A DNA stretch of 64,000 bases from Candidatus Pacearchaeota archaeon (GCA_018304025.1 JAGVXA010000006.1:8077-72076); one strand, 5' to 3'; counted from the first letter of the stretch, positions 19,285 through 27,536 are shown. Translations and numbers: made by a program. The notes: a model not told the origin generated them from the sequence alone.

Positions 19285-19662
19285 ATGGAAAAAAGAGTTC
19301 AAGTTCTGATTACATTCATCGTAGCAATTCTTTTAGTCACAGGACTTTACATTTTCACAGACTGGTTTTCAAAAGTCACAGGTTATTTCACTGGCGAAGA
19401 CGAAAAAGCAAAACTCGCGCAATGTCTCAATAAACAAAACGCAGAATTTTATTCAGATACTTTTTGTCCTGATTGCGAAAACCAAAAAAAGATTTTCGGA
19501 AGCCAAATCAAATTAATCAAAATAATCGAATGCGGAAAAGAAATGGAAAATTGTCCGAATATAAGAGAAATCCCAGCATGGTATATTAACAAAACAATCC
19601 ATTACGGTTATTTTAACATCACAGAATTAGACAAACTATCGGGATGTAATTTATTGGAATAA
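19285..19662 (+). CDS. membrane-anchored thioredoxin-fold protein (CxxC)
   Basis: N-terminal TM; FYSDTFCPDCENQKKIFG resembles the Trx-like domains associated with VKOR/DsbA-type oxidoreductases. Confidence 0.6.
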   Translation: MEKRVQVLITFIVAILLVTGLYIFTDWFSKVTGYFTGEDEKAKLAQCLNKQNAEFYSDTFCPDCENQKKIFGSQIKLIKIIECGKEMENCPNIREIPAWYINKTIHYGYFNITELDKLSGCNLLE

Positions 19663-20689
19663 TTAAATTTTCTCAATTAAAGTATTAATTATTTCTTTTT
19701 TGAAATTCTCGCTTAAATTAAATGTATTTGCCCAGCGAGCATACGCCCGCCATCCATCAAAACTATCTTTAACAGATCCAAATTCATAACCACTCTCTTC
19801 AAATGATTTTATTTTATTTTTCATTCCGCGAATATTTCTAGTTCTCAATAGTTTATGGCTGGGAAAATTTCTAAAACCTAAAAAATCTATTCCTCTATAA
19901 ACTGAAATTATTTTAGTTTTGTCTGGATGTAACGATATGCCTAAATTGTCTTTAAGAAAGACATCAATCGCCCCCCCCCCCCGCAGTCAAATCCGCCCGC
20001 CGCCGATTCAAAATAACAAAGTCATCAACATATCTTATATAATATTTTTCTCGCAAAACATATTTGACAAAATAATCCAAGTCATTAAGATAAAGATTAG
20101 CAAAAAATTGCGACGTCAAATTGCCGAGAGGCATTCCAATTCCCTCTTTTTCAGTATTTCTTAAAATCTGAGCAATCAGCCAAATAACTTTTTCATCTTT
20201 TATTTTCCTGCGGATTATTTCAATTAATTTATCATGGCGGATATTTTGAAAATAATGCCTAATATCTGCTTTCAAGCAAAAACCACAATTTGTAAAATTA
20301 TTCGTTACTTTCCTTGAAAATTTATCAAATCTTTTTATAGCAAATAAAGTCCCTTTCCCTTTTTGGTTTGCGCATGAATCAAAGATAAATCCTTTTTCAA
20401 ATATCGGGCCAATTATTTTAATTAAACTATGATGAACAACTCTATCTCGAAAATCCGACTTTGAAATCACTCTTGTCTTCGGGTCTCTATGAACAAATGT
20501 TATTAGAGGTTCGGGCTGATAACTCTTCTTCTTAAGTTCATAATGCAGCATAAGAAGATTTTTTACTAAATCTTTCTCAAATTCAATTACATCCTCCCGC
20601 GTAGTTTTCCCCTTTCTTGCTTTGCGCCAGGCCAAGGTTAAATTTCCTAAAGAACAAATCTTATCATATAAATTATTATACGTTTTCAT
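19663..20689 (-). CDS. DGR reverse transcriptase, interrupted by a +1-nt frameshift in a G12 (plus-strand C12) tract
   Basis: Start MKTYNNLYDKICS (ATG 20689). Motifs RVISKSDFRDRVVHH, DIRHYFQNI, MPLGNLTSQFFANLYL ((I/L/V)GxxxSQ, DGR-specific) and YVDDFVI. After the 19971..19982 homopolymer the protein continues in another frame as AIDVFLKDNLGISLHPDKTKIISVYRGIDFLGFR...WANTF. Length 1027 nt = 342 codons + 1 nt. Confidence 0.85.
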
Positions 20690-20713
20690 GAGTATTCCTA
20701 GCCAAAAAATCTG

Positions 20714-20801
20714 AACTATTCGACCATTCGCGTTGGAGTTAGACAGCCTATTGTTGTTGGAGTTCAAATTGCGGTTACTATTAAGGTTGAACCTGGAAAT
20801 G
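20714..20801 (-). repeat. DGR template repeat (TR)
   Basis: 88 nt, 24 nt upstream of the RT ATG. 29 adenines in coding sense; in VR frame it would read ...ISRFNLNSNRNLNSNNNRLSNSNANGRIV (AAY-rich). The 59 non-A positions are identical to both VRs. Confidence 0.9.
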
Positions 20802-21045
20802 GATAGCCATTTACTTTTCAAAGCCACCATCACTTCATATTTCACTGCGATACAAAAGCAGTTACTTAATGTCGTGATTGAATTTTATATTCTTGCAAAG
20901 CAAGAACGTAAGCAAACGACGTGTAGCCCAGCCATTTAATTGACTAGGAATCTTTAAAGAACGGAGAGGTATTTATTTCTTCCTATTCAAAGTTCGCATT
21001 TTTGCCAAGAAGTTTTAAGAAGGCAATTATTTCAGCGACGTGCCT

Positions 21046-21855
21046 TCAACGCCCAGTAATCTGGCGATGTATGGGGCTGTACTCAGCACCTTCGGCACGA
21101 ACGCAAACTACCCGACCATCCGCGTTGGAGTCAGACAGCCCATTGTAGTCGGAGTACAAATCGCGGCCACTATTAAGGTCGAACCTGGAAATGCCTAAAT
21201 TATCTTCTGAAGGTTTATTTTGTGTTGAGTTATATAGTCTTCTTTTTCCACTACCAAGTTTTGAAGGCAATCCTGTTCTAATTAGTTCTGAATCATTTTC
21301 ATCAAAATTATTCGTCGGTTCAGCAAGAATTTTAGCTGTTCGCAGTTCTGTTCCTCTTTGGAATTTTGGCATTACTCCATAATCTCCAAATTTTGTATTT
21401 CTTAATCCATATCCAATCATAACAGCAGGCAATCTATCAAAATCTCTTAACTCTTTAGGCAGGCCTTCAAAAGTTTGTACAGCTAACTCATGATTGTTTC
21501 CAGAAAAATCTAAAACAAGACCCATATCAACATAATGATTTCCTTGAATTCGGATGGGGTCGCCTTCTTGAAGAGTTCTTTCTAATTCCTCTGGTTTGAT
21601 AATTCTAAACTCCGGAGCAATAATTTGATTTACAACAGGCAAAATTAAAGGATTTGAACCGAAGGTAGTCGGGACTTCATTAATCTCTCCCGATCTTAAA
21701 ACTTTCAGATTATCATTTCCATTATACTTTGAATCAATAACATTATTAATTTCTTTTAGAGTCGCAAGGGCATTTTTTCCTTTTAGAATATAAGGAGTTA
21801 CAGTTAGTTGCGGAATTGCTGGTTCAAGTCCTATTTGTGATTTTGTTTTTTTCAT
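21046..21855 (-). CDS. DGR target protein 1 (VR near the C-terminus, putative C-type-lectin-fold ligand-binding end)
   Basis: 269 aa with no signal peptide or TM. The C-terminus ...GISRFDLNSGRDLYSDYNGLSDSNADGRVVCVRAEG contains VR1. Confidence 0.8.
   Translation of the reverse strand: MKKTKSQIGLEPAIPQLTVTPYILKGKNALATLKEINNVIDSKYNGNDNLKVLRSGEINEVPTTFGSNPLILPVVNQIIAPEFRIIKPEELERTLQEGDPIRIQGNHYVDMGLVLDFSGNNHELAVQTFEGLPKELRDFDRLPAVMIGYGLRNTKFGDYGVMPKFQRGTELRTAKILAEPTNNFDENDSELIRTGLPSKLGSGKRRLYNSTQNKPSEDNLGISRFDLNSGRDLYSDYNGLSDSNADGRVVCVRAEGAEYSPIHRQITGR
21106..21193 (-). repeat. DGR variable repeat VR1
   Basis: 88 nt collinear with the TR. 12 substitutions, all at TR-A positions (plus-strand T to C or A). 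Confidence 0.9.
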
Positions 21856-22724
21856 TATTTCTTTCCTTCTAATTGACTAACAATTTGATTAAGACAGTTT
21901 CTTGTTCCCCTTAAACTTTCTAAAAGTTCGCTTCTTCGTTGTTGTTCTAAGATATTTTCATAATTCGGCGCGCCGCCTTCGGCGGAAACAAGAACTACCC
22001 GACCATACGCGACGGAGCCAGACAGCCCATCGTAGTAGGAGCTCAAATTGCGGTAACTATTAAGGACGAACCTGGAAATGCCATCTTTTCTTGTATACCA
22101 TATTCTTTTTCCTCTTTCTTTATCAAGTCCAACAGGCATTCCAATTTCATCTATTTCATCAAATTTCCATCCACTATATTTTCCTAAAAATCTCTCGTCG
22201 TAATGAACATTAAATCCTTTAGATGGAACAGCAATAAATCCATATCCTTCATCTTCATTTGGCCGAATGTCAAATCCTGTGATTAAAGCAGGTTCTCTAG
22301 AAATTTTCACAGTGTCAATTTTCCCGCTTTCTGCAATCAATTCAGCTATTCTATTATTGTCTTCATTATAACCATCTTGTAGACTTCTAAAAACTAAAGC
22401 ATTCGCTGTAGTATAATGTTTCCCGTCAGTCATTCGCATAAACTCTTCATTCCAATCTTTCGGCAATGAAACTCTCACACCATATCGTCTGACAACTTGG
22501 TCTATGAGATTAGCATCAGGAACATTTGCGCCGACAACTTCGTCTCCTTTTCTTTCTAATTGAAAATGTTTGTTCCCATTAAATCTTTCTGCTTTCGCTT
22601 CCTGATAAGCTTCGTAAATTATTCGTCCTGCTTCGCCAACTAAAAACGAAGGTGTCTGAACTATCATTCCATTTTTTCTAGGGACAAATACAATTTGTCC
22701 AAGTTTTTTTGCTGTTTCTGTCAT
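21855..22724 (-). CDS. DGR target protein 2 (paralogue of target 1)
   Basis: 289 aa with no signal peptide or TM. ...GISRFVLNSYRNLSSYYDGLSGSVAYGRVVLVSAEG contains VR2. One-nt overlap with target 1. Confidence 0.8.
   Translation of the reverse strand: MTETAKKLGQIVFVPRKNGMIVQTPSFLVGEAGRIIYEAYQEAKAERFNGNKHFQLERKGDEVVGANVPDANLIDQVVRRYGVRVSLPKDWNEEFMRMTDGKHYTTANALVFRSLQDGYNEDNNRIAELIAESGKIDTVKISREPALITGFDIRPNEDEGYGFIAVPSKGFNVHYDERFLGKYSGWKFDEIDEIGMPVGLDKERGKRIWYTRKDGISRFVLNSYRNLSSYYDGLSGSVAYGRVVLVSAEGGAPNYENILEQQRRSELLESLRGTRNCLNQIVSQLEGKK
21993..22080 (-). repeat. DGR variable repeat VR2
   Basis: 88 nt collinear with the TR. 15 substitutions, all at TR-A positions. Confidence 0.9.
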
Positions 22725-22872
22725 GCGTTTCTAAAAAATCCTCCCTATTTAAACTTTGCGCTATTGTAACTCCTTTGCAAAAGTAACTAATCAATTCGTT
22801 CATTTATTAAAATAAAATTTTAAATAAACTTCTTTGGAATAAATATTTAAACCTTTTTTTCATCTAACAAAC

Positions 22873-23472
22873 ATGCCAAAGAAAAAAACAAAAGAAGAAT
22901 TTGAAAAAGAACTCCAGGAAACTTTAATCCAGGTAGGATTAAGAATAGCAAAAAGAGGAGAAGGAGCGTTATTTGTCGTCGGAGAAGTGAAATACAAGTT
23001 GTTGGTGGATCAAGATGTTCCCCCATTCAATGTTACAAAAAATCCAAAACTTCTCGAATCTTTGGCGATAATGGACGGAGCAGTAATCATAGACAGCGAC
23101 GGAAAAATGAAAGCATACGGCGCGATGATTAAATCAACCAGAACTTTCAAGAATTTCGGAACAAGGCATTCTGCAGGAATCTCCGCGTCAAAAAAAGGAA
23201 ACCTCGTCGTCATAATCTCAGAAGAAGACAAAAAAGTCCGCGTGTTAAAAGAAGGAAAAATGATTTTGCAGATTGACGCATTGCAGAAAGGAGTTGAAAA
23301 ATCCGTTCCGCAGGCAGTTAATTTATTGGAATCAATCGGCGCAGGCACTCTCGGTGCAATCGGAACTTCAATTTTAGTTCCAACTCTTGGAATAACTCTC
23401 GGCCCCGGAATTCTCGTCTTCGGCTCCGCGTATTATCTGACGAAGATTCTCTCGCAAAAGTTGAGGAAATAA
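22873..23472 (+). CDS. DisA_N/DAC-domain protein (diadenylate cyclase-like) with C-terminal TM helices
   Basis: GEGALFVVGE...MDGAVIIDSDGKMKAYGAMI...FGTRHSAGISASKKGNLVVIISEEDKKVRVLKEG follows the DAC blocks (DGA, GTRHRAA, vSEE.g.v). RHR is changed to RHS. Confidence 0.7.
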   Translation: MPKKKTKEEFEKELQETLIQVGLRIAKRGEGALFVVGEVKYKLLVDQDVPPFNVTKNPKLLESLAIMDGAVIIDSDGKMKAYGAMIKSTRTFKNFGTRHSAGISASKKGNLVVIISEEDKKVRVLKEGKMILQIDALQKGVEKSVPQAVNLLESIGAGTLGAIGTSILVPTLGITLGPGILVFGSAYYLTKILSQKLRK

Positions 23473-23497
23473 TTAGATATTCAAAAAATATAATAAA

Positions 23498-23605
23498 ATG
23501 AAAAAAAAGAACTTATTTATAATGCAATTAATCGCATGGACACTCGGTTTTATCGCCCTCGCTCTTCTGATTTTTGGTATAATTAGAGAATTATTCTTAA
23601 AATGA
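23498..23605 (+). CDS. small membrane peptide (35 aa)
   Basis: MKKKNLFIMQLIAWTLGFIALALLIFGIIRELFLK; ATGA overlap with the next ORF. Below the track threshold. Confidence 0.3.
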   Translation: MKKKNLFIMQLIAWTLGFIALALLIFGIIRELFLK

Positions 23606-23784
23606 GAATCGGGGGAGCTTTATCAATATTTTCGCACATCATTAACTTTGTAATATTTCTTTATTTTACTGTAACTTTATTAAATCTAAATGTTCTTGAT
23701 ATTTTTGGATTGTTAATTAGTGCATTCGGGTTGCTAGCTTCTTTGGTAGCTAACATCGTCTCTGTTTTAGAATCGAAAGGATAG
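23602..23784 (+). CDS. small membrane protein (60 aa)
   Basis: Two hydrophobic helices; ORF only. Confidence 0.35.
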   Translation: MRIGGALSIFSHIINFVIFLYFTVTLLNLNVLDIFGLLISAFGLLASLVANIVSVLESKG

Positions 23785-23865
23785 CAACTTTTAAAAACCA
23801 ACTTTTCTGAATACTAACATGATAATTCCAGTAAGATAATCTAAAATAGAAAAGTATAAATACAA

Positions 23866-25191
23866 ATGTTCGTTCTTTTCGCTATGAAGAATAGAGATGA
23901 TTTAATGCTGCGATTAAATCCAAAATTTCAAAAAATTATTTTTCAAAAAACCCTTGACAAATACGGAGATTCCCTCAAGGCAGGTTCAATTTTAAAAATT
24001 CCTGCAAGTTCAGTCAGAGGGTATAAGAATCTTTATTTTGATAGTGTGCCCAAAAATTTAATTAACGAATTAATCAGATTAAAAATAACTACACAAGGAG
24101 AAATTAAATTAAACACCTTATCCTCATTTATCAAAAGTCAGAAAGTAAAAGAAATATTAGGCAAAGGAAGGGAAAAAAGAAACGAAATCTTCCAAACAAT
24201 AAGAAAAGAAATTCCCCCTGTTAAAAAAATAATCAACAGTGGTAACTTAGAATTTTATAGATGGTTTGATAAATATAAATTATTATTAGATGCGCCTTTT
24301 AGAAGGATTCAAGTTAAAAACAACGATGATTTCATTATTGTCGAATATACAAACCACACAAGACATGGAAATAAACACTTTAAGGTAAACTTGCCTAAAA
24401 AAATAAAACTTGATTCAGAATTCTTTTATTTTTTCGGATTATGGTGCGGCGACAGATCAGGCGGAAAAAGATTTGGAATCGCCAATAAAAATAATGAGAT
24501 TATTAATTTTACAGAATATTTTTTAAAACAGAATAAACAAAGAGTAGAAAAGATATTATACATCACAAAAGGTTTAGAAATTCCTCGAATTAAATACGAC
24601 AAAAAATTCGAATTAGAGAACGAGAAAAAAGGATGGGTGCTGTCAGTACATTCGAACAATGGGATTCTAGCCTCTTTTTTTTATTATCTTCAGTCGCATA
24701 TCACAGAGATATTAACATCAGAAAAAAGCAAATATTCTTTTTTTGCTGGACTTTTTGATGCCGAAGGAAACGTTTCATTATATAATAAATCATTTAGATG
24801 GGCCTGTAAAAACGAGAATTTAATTAAGATATACACTGAAATCATGAAAGGGATTAATTTATACAGTAGATACGACGGCTCAAGTATTGTATCCTACAAT
24901 TCTGAAAAATTTTATAATAAAATTCTCCCTTTTTTAAAGCACAGCGAAAAGATTAACAATACTAACTTTTTATATAACGGAGCAGGGAGATTGCCAAAAG
25001 GATTCGGAGAGATTTTGAATTATATCAACAAAAATCCTAAACTGTCTGCTAAAGACATAGCGGAAGGTTTAAAAAAGAACAAAGTTTACTCCGAATTGAA
25101 ATTGCTGAATGATTTTGGCTTTATCAAGCCTAGCAATTACCCGAAGGAGTTTGATATAACAACTAAGGGATTAAAATCATTAGGAGAATAA
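23866..25191 (+). CDS. free-standing double-motif LAGLIDADG homing-endonuclease-like protein with DNA-binding extensions
   Basis: FFGLWCGDRSGG and FFAGLFDAEGNVS are the two LAGLIDADG motifs. The TATA aaagtataaataca lies so close to the first ATG that the real start may be ATG 23884 (MKNRDD). Confidence 0.7.
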   Translation: MFVLFAMKNRDDLMLRLNPKFQKIIFQKTLDKYGDSLKAGSILKIPASSVRGYKNLYFDSVPKNLINELIRLKITTQGEIKLNTLSSFIKSQKVKEILGKGREKRNEIFQTIRKEIPPVKKIINSGNLEFYRWFDKYKLLLDAPFRRIQVKNNDDFIIVEYTNHTRHGNKHFKVNLPKKIKLDSEFFYFFGLWCGDRSGGKRFGIANKNNEIINFTEYFLKQNKQRVEKILYITKGLEIPRIKYDKKFELENEKKGWVLSVHSNNGILASFFYYLQSHITEILTSEKSKYSFFAGLFDAEGNVSLYNKSFRWACKNENLIKIYTEIMKGINLYSRYDGSSIVSYNSEKFYNKILPFLKHSEKINNTNFLYNGAGRLPKGFGEILNYINKNPKLSAKDIAEGLKKNKVYSELKLLNDFGFIKPSNYPKEFDITTKGLKSLGE

Positions 25192-25213
25192 CATTATAAT
25201 ACCAATCAGATGC

Positions 25214-25390
25214 ATGAGTTGCGGGAAGCCAATCGGCCACCTCTGGGAAGAATACAAAAAAAGAACAGAAGCAGGCGAAGACGCAGGCAAAGTCCTCGAC
25301 GATTTAGGATTAGACAGATATTGCTGCAGGGCGGTTTTGCTCGGACACGCCGACATGCTCCCAGAAATCACGAAATTCAAGAAAGCGTAA
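25214..25390 (+). CDS. rpoN: RNA polymerase subunit N (Rpo10/RpoN); conserved coding extends upstream to about 25193 without a canonical start
   Basis: MSCGKPIGHLWEEYKKRTEAGEDAGKVLDDLGLDRYCCRAVLLGHADMLPEI matches Rpb10/RpoN (CxxC...RYCCR). The in-frame upstream codons encode IIIPIRC, the conserved N-terminus. Below the track size cut-off. Confidence 0.8.
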   Translation: MSCGKPIGHLWEEYKKRTEAGEDAGKVLDDLGLDRYCCRAVLLGHADMLPEITKFKKA

Positions 25391-25638
25391 TTCTTTTTCG
25401 TAAGTTCAAAGATTCGCGGGGCGTTATTTCTCTTATCGACGATAAAGCATTTTTGGGCTTCGGGGGGCACTTAACTATGTGTTTTTTATCGACGGAGAAA
25501 AATTAAGAAAAATTTGATGAATTTTGAAAGCTGTTTGTTATGATTTAGTGATGATAGAATTGCGGGGGCACTTAACTAACAAAGTTAACTTTTTATATAG
25601 CCGTTCTTTAATATTATCATATCTTAAAAAGAGGAAAA

Positions 25639-27522
25639 ATGAGATATAAATTTTTAGCAGCTATAGTGGGAATAGTATTACTTATCTTTCTAGTTTCTGC
25701 AGTCCCTCAATTATTAGTTAATTCTCCTTCCTCATCTCCATTTTACACAACAAACACTTCTGTTGAATTAAATTTTTCAATAATAGAAAGCAATTTAGGA
25801 AGCTTAATCTATAACTGGAATGGAACAAACTTTACTTTTTATGATTCTTCTTTAGTATTAATGATGAATTTTGATAATAGAAGCGGTTTGGGAGAAAATG
25901 ATACCTATGCTATTGATGTTTCAAGATATGGAAACAATGGCACGTTAATTAACGGGACTATTTGGAACTCCTCTGGGAAATATAATGGTGCTCTTGAGTT
26001 TGATGGAGTTGATGATTATATGGGGGTTGTAAATAGTGAATCCCTAAATACGGCTAATTCTAATTCTTCAAATTACACAATTTCCTTCTGGACAAAAACA
26101 ACTATGAATGGAGCAGATATTTGGACTCAACCCACATTTATTGATTTTAGAAATACTGGCGATGATCCTTATGAAGGTTGGGTTTTCTCTATTTTCCTTA
26201 ACGCACAAAATACAACTGGATTCTTAACAGGAGGGGCAATTTCTCCAGCTTATCCGGCTGGATATTGGGATATAATAAATGGTTCGACAATTATTAATGA
26301 TGGAGATTGGCATCACATAAGTGTTGTTAAAAAGAATACAGAATCAATAAAAATATATGTAGATGGATTTGAAGATGCAACAGGTTCTTCCGATAAGAAT
26401 TTTTCTACAAATGAGTTAATGACTATTGGATGCAGAAGAAACGATGCAGGAGGATATAGAGATTATTTTAATGGCTCAATAGATGAAGTCCGAATCTGGA
26501 ACAGAAGTTTATCTGCTTCAGAAATATACCAACAATATGCTTCTAATTTAAATAAATTCAATTTAACACAATGGAATTTTTATGTTAATCAATCTAAAAA
26601 TGCAACAGCAGGATTAGATTACGGAATCTATACCTATCAAACATTTGCAACAAATACCAGCGGAAGTTTGAATTCTACAGATTTGAGAACAATTAAAATA
26701 CAGTCAGATATTATTTTTCCACTTGTTAATTTCACTTCTCCAACACCTCAGAATGCAACAACAACCTCAAACACTTCTTTTATTGTTAATGTTTCTATCA
26801 ATGAACAGAATTTAAATTCTGTGATTTACAATTGGAATGGAACAAACTTTACTTTTTATAATTCTTCTTTAGTCTTGATGATGAATTTTGATAATAGAAG
26901 TGAATTAGGAGAGAATGATACTTATGTTATTGATGTTTCAGGATATGAAAATAATGGAACTTTAGGAAATTTGAGCACCATAACTCAACCTACTTGGAAC
27001 TCTTCTGGGAAATATAATGGTGCTTTTGAATTTGGTGGAAATAAAAGTTATATAAAAATTTCTAATTCTCAATTTAAATTTGGGTCTAATCCTTTTAGTG
27101 TCTCTTTTTGGTTTAATGCTAATGAATTTGGAAATGGTAACACTAAAAAATTAATTTCATGTACAGAATCGGGTGGATGGTCCGTCGGTTTTGAAAGCTC
27201 TTATCTTCAATTTGTATTTCATAATGGTTCTTATATGAGAACTTTTTATCCTGAATCAAGTTTAACAACGAATGAGTGGTACTATGTAACTGGAATTTGG
27301 AACACTACAAATATTTTATTATATGTGGATGGAATTTTAGTTGATACAAATTCTACTACTGGTTCATTAACTTCTCATGCGACTGCTCCACTATGTATTG
27401 GCTCTGAAGCAACATCTACTGGATGTGAATTTTCTACTTGGTATTTTAATGGTTCAATAGATGAAGTAAGGATTTGGAATAGAACTTTATCTACCGCTGA
27501 AATTTATCAGCAATATGCTTAA
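25639..27522 (+). CDS. secreted protein with two LamG/ConA-like lectin domains (internal tandem duplication), probably the 5' part of a disrupted larger gene
   Basis: Signal peptide AAIVGIVLLIFLVSA. GSIDEVRIWNRSLSASEIYQQYA and GSIDEVRIWNRTLSTAEIYQQYA are LamG_3-type ends. About 340-aa repeat unit; many NxS/T sequons. Confidence 0.75.
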   Translation: MRYKFLAAIVGIVLLIFLVSAVPQLLVNSPSSSPFYTTNTSVELNFSIIESNLGSLIYNWNGTNFTFYDSSLVLMMNFDNRSGLGENDTYAIDVSRYGNNGTLINGTIWNSSGKYNGALEFDGVDDYMGVVNSESLNTANSNSSNYTISFWTKTTMNGADIWTQPTFIDFRNTGDDPYEGWVFSIFLNAQNTTGFLTGGAISPAYPAGYWDIINGSTIINDGDWHHISVVKKNTESIKIYVDGFEDATGSSDKNFSTNELMTIGCRRNDAGGYRDYFNGSIDEVRIWNRSLSASEIYQQYASNLNKFNLTQWNFYVNQSKNATAGLDYGIYTYQTFATNTSGSLNSTDLRTIKIQSDIIFPLVNFTSPTPQNATTTSNTSFIVNVSINEQNLNSVIYNWNGTNFTFYNSSLVLMMNFDNRSELGENDTYVIDVSGYENNGTLGNLSTITQPTWNSSGKYNGAFEFGGNKSYIKISNSQFKFGSNPFSVSFWFNANEFGNGNTKKLISCTESGGWSVGFESSYLQFVFHNGSYMRTFYPESSLTTNEWYYVTGIWNTTNILLYVDGILVDTNSTTGSLTSHATAPLCIGSEATSTGCEFSTWYFNGSIDEVRIWNRTLSTAEIYQQYA

Positions 27523-27536
27523 ATGCAACAGCAGGA

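Larger units (their letters stand above)
19663..22724 (-). mobile_element. diversity-generating retroelement cassette: target2(VR2)-target1(VR1)-TR-RT
   Basis: See the component features. 88-nt TR with two cognate VRs; all 27 mismatches fall at TR adenines; the RT carries the DGR-clade LGNLTSQ and YVDD motifs. Confidence 0.9.

Noticed and set aside
20690-20845. The N-terminal 52 codons of track ORF 19964..20845 (MKYEVMVALKSKWLSISRFNLNSNRNLNSNNNRLSNSNANGRIVQIFWLGIL).
   Set aside because: This stretch is the DGR template repeat read through as protein. The RT homology starts at MKTYNNLYDK (ATG 20689), so the extension is treated as non-coding TR RNA.
20802-21045. An Avd accessory gene between DGR target 1 and the TR.
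   Set aside because: No coding-strand ORF of useful length lies there. The only track ORF (20733..20939) is on the opposite strand and overlaps the TR.
21085-21105. A stable hairpin 3' of VR1, equivalent to the CCGCC-GAA-GGCGG hairpin at VR2.
   Set aside because: The VR1 sequence (GTGCC GAA GGTGC in coding sense) pairs only partially as DNA, needing mismatches or wobble pairs. Only the shared GCCGAAGG element is reported, not a VR1 hairpin.
25180-25506. Track ORFs 25210..25506 (+) and 25180..25470 (-), both Arg/Ser-rich.
   Set aside because: A third frame encodes a textbook RpoN (CxxC...RYCCR). The listed ORFs are shadow frames of it and of the intergenic DNA.
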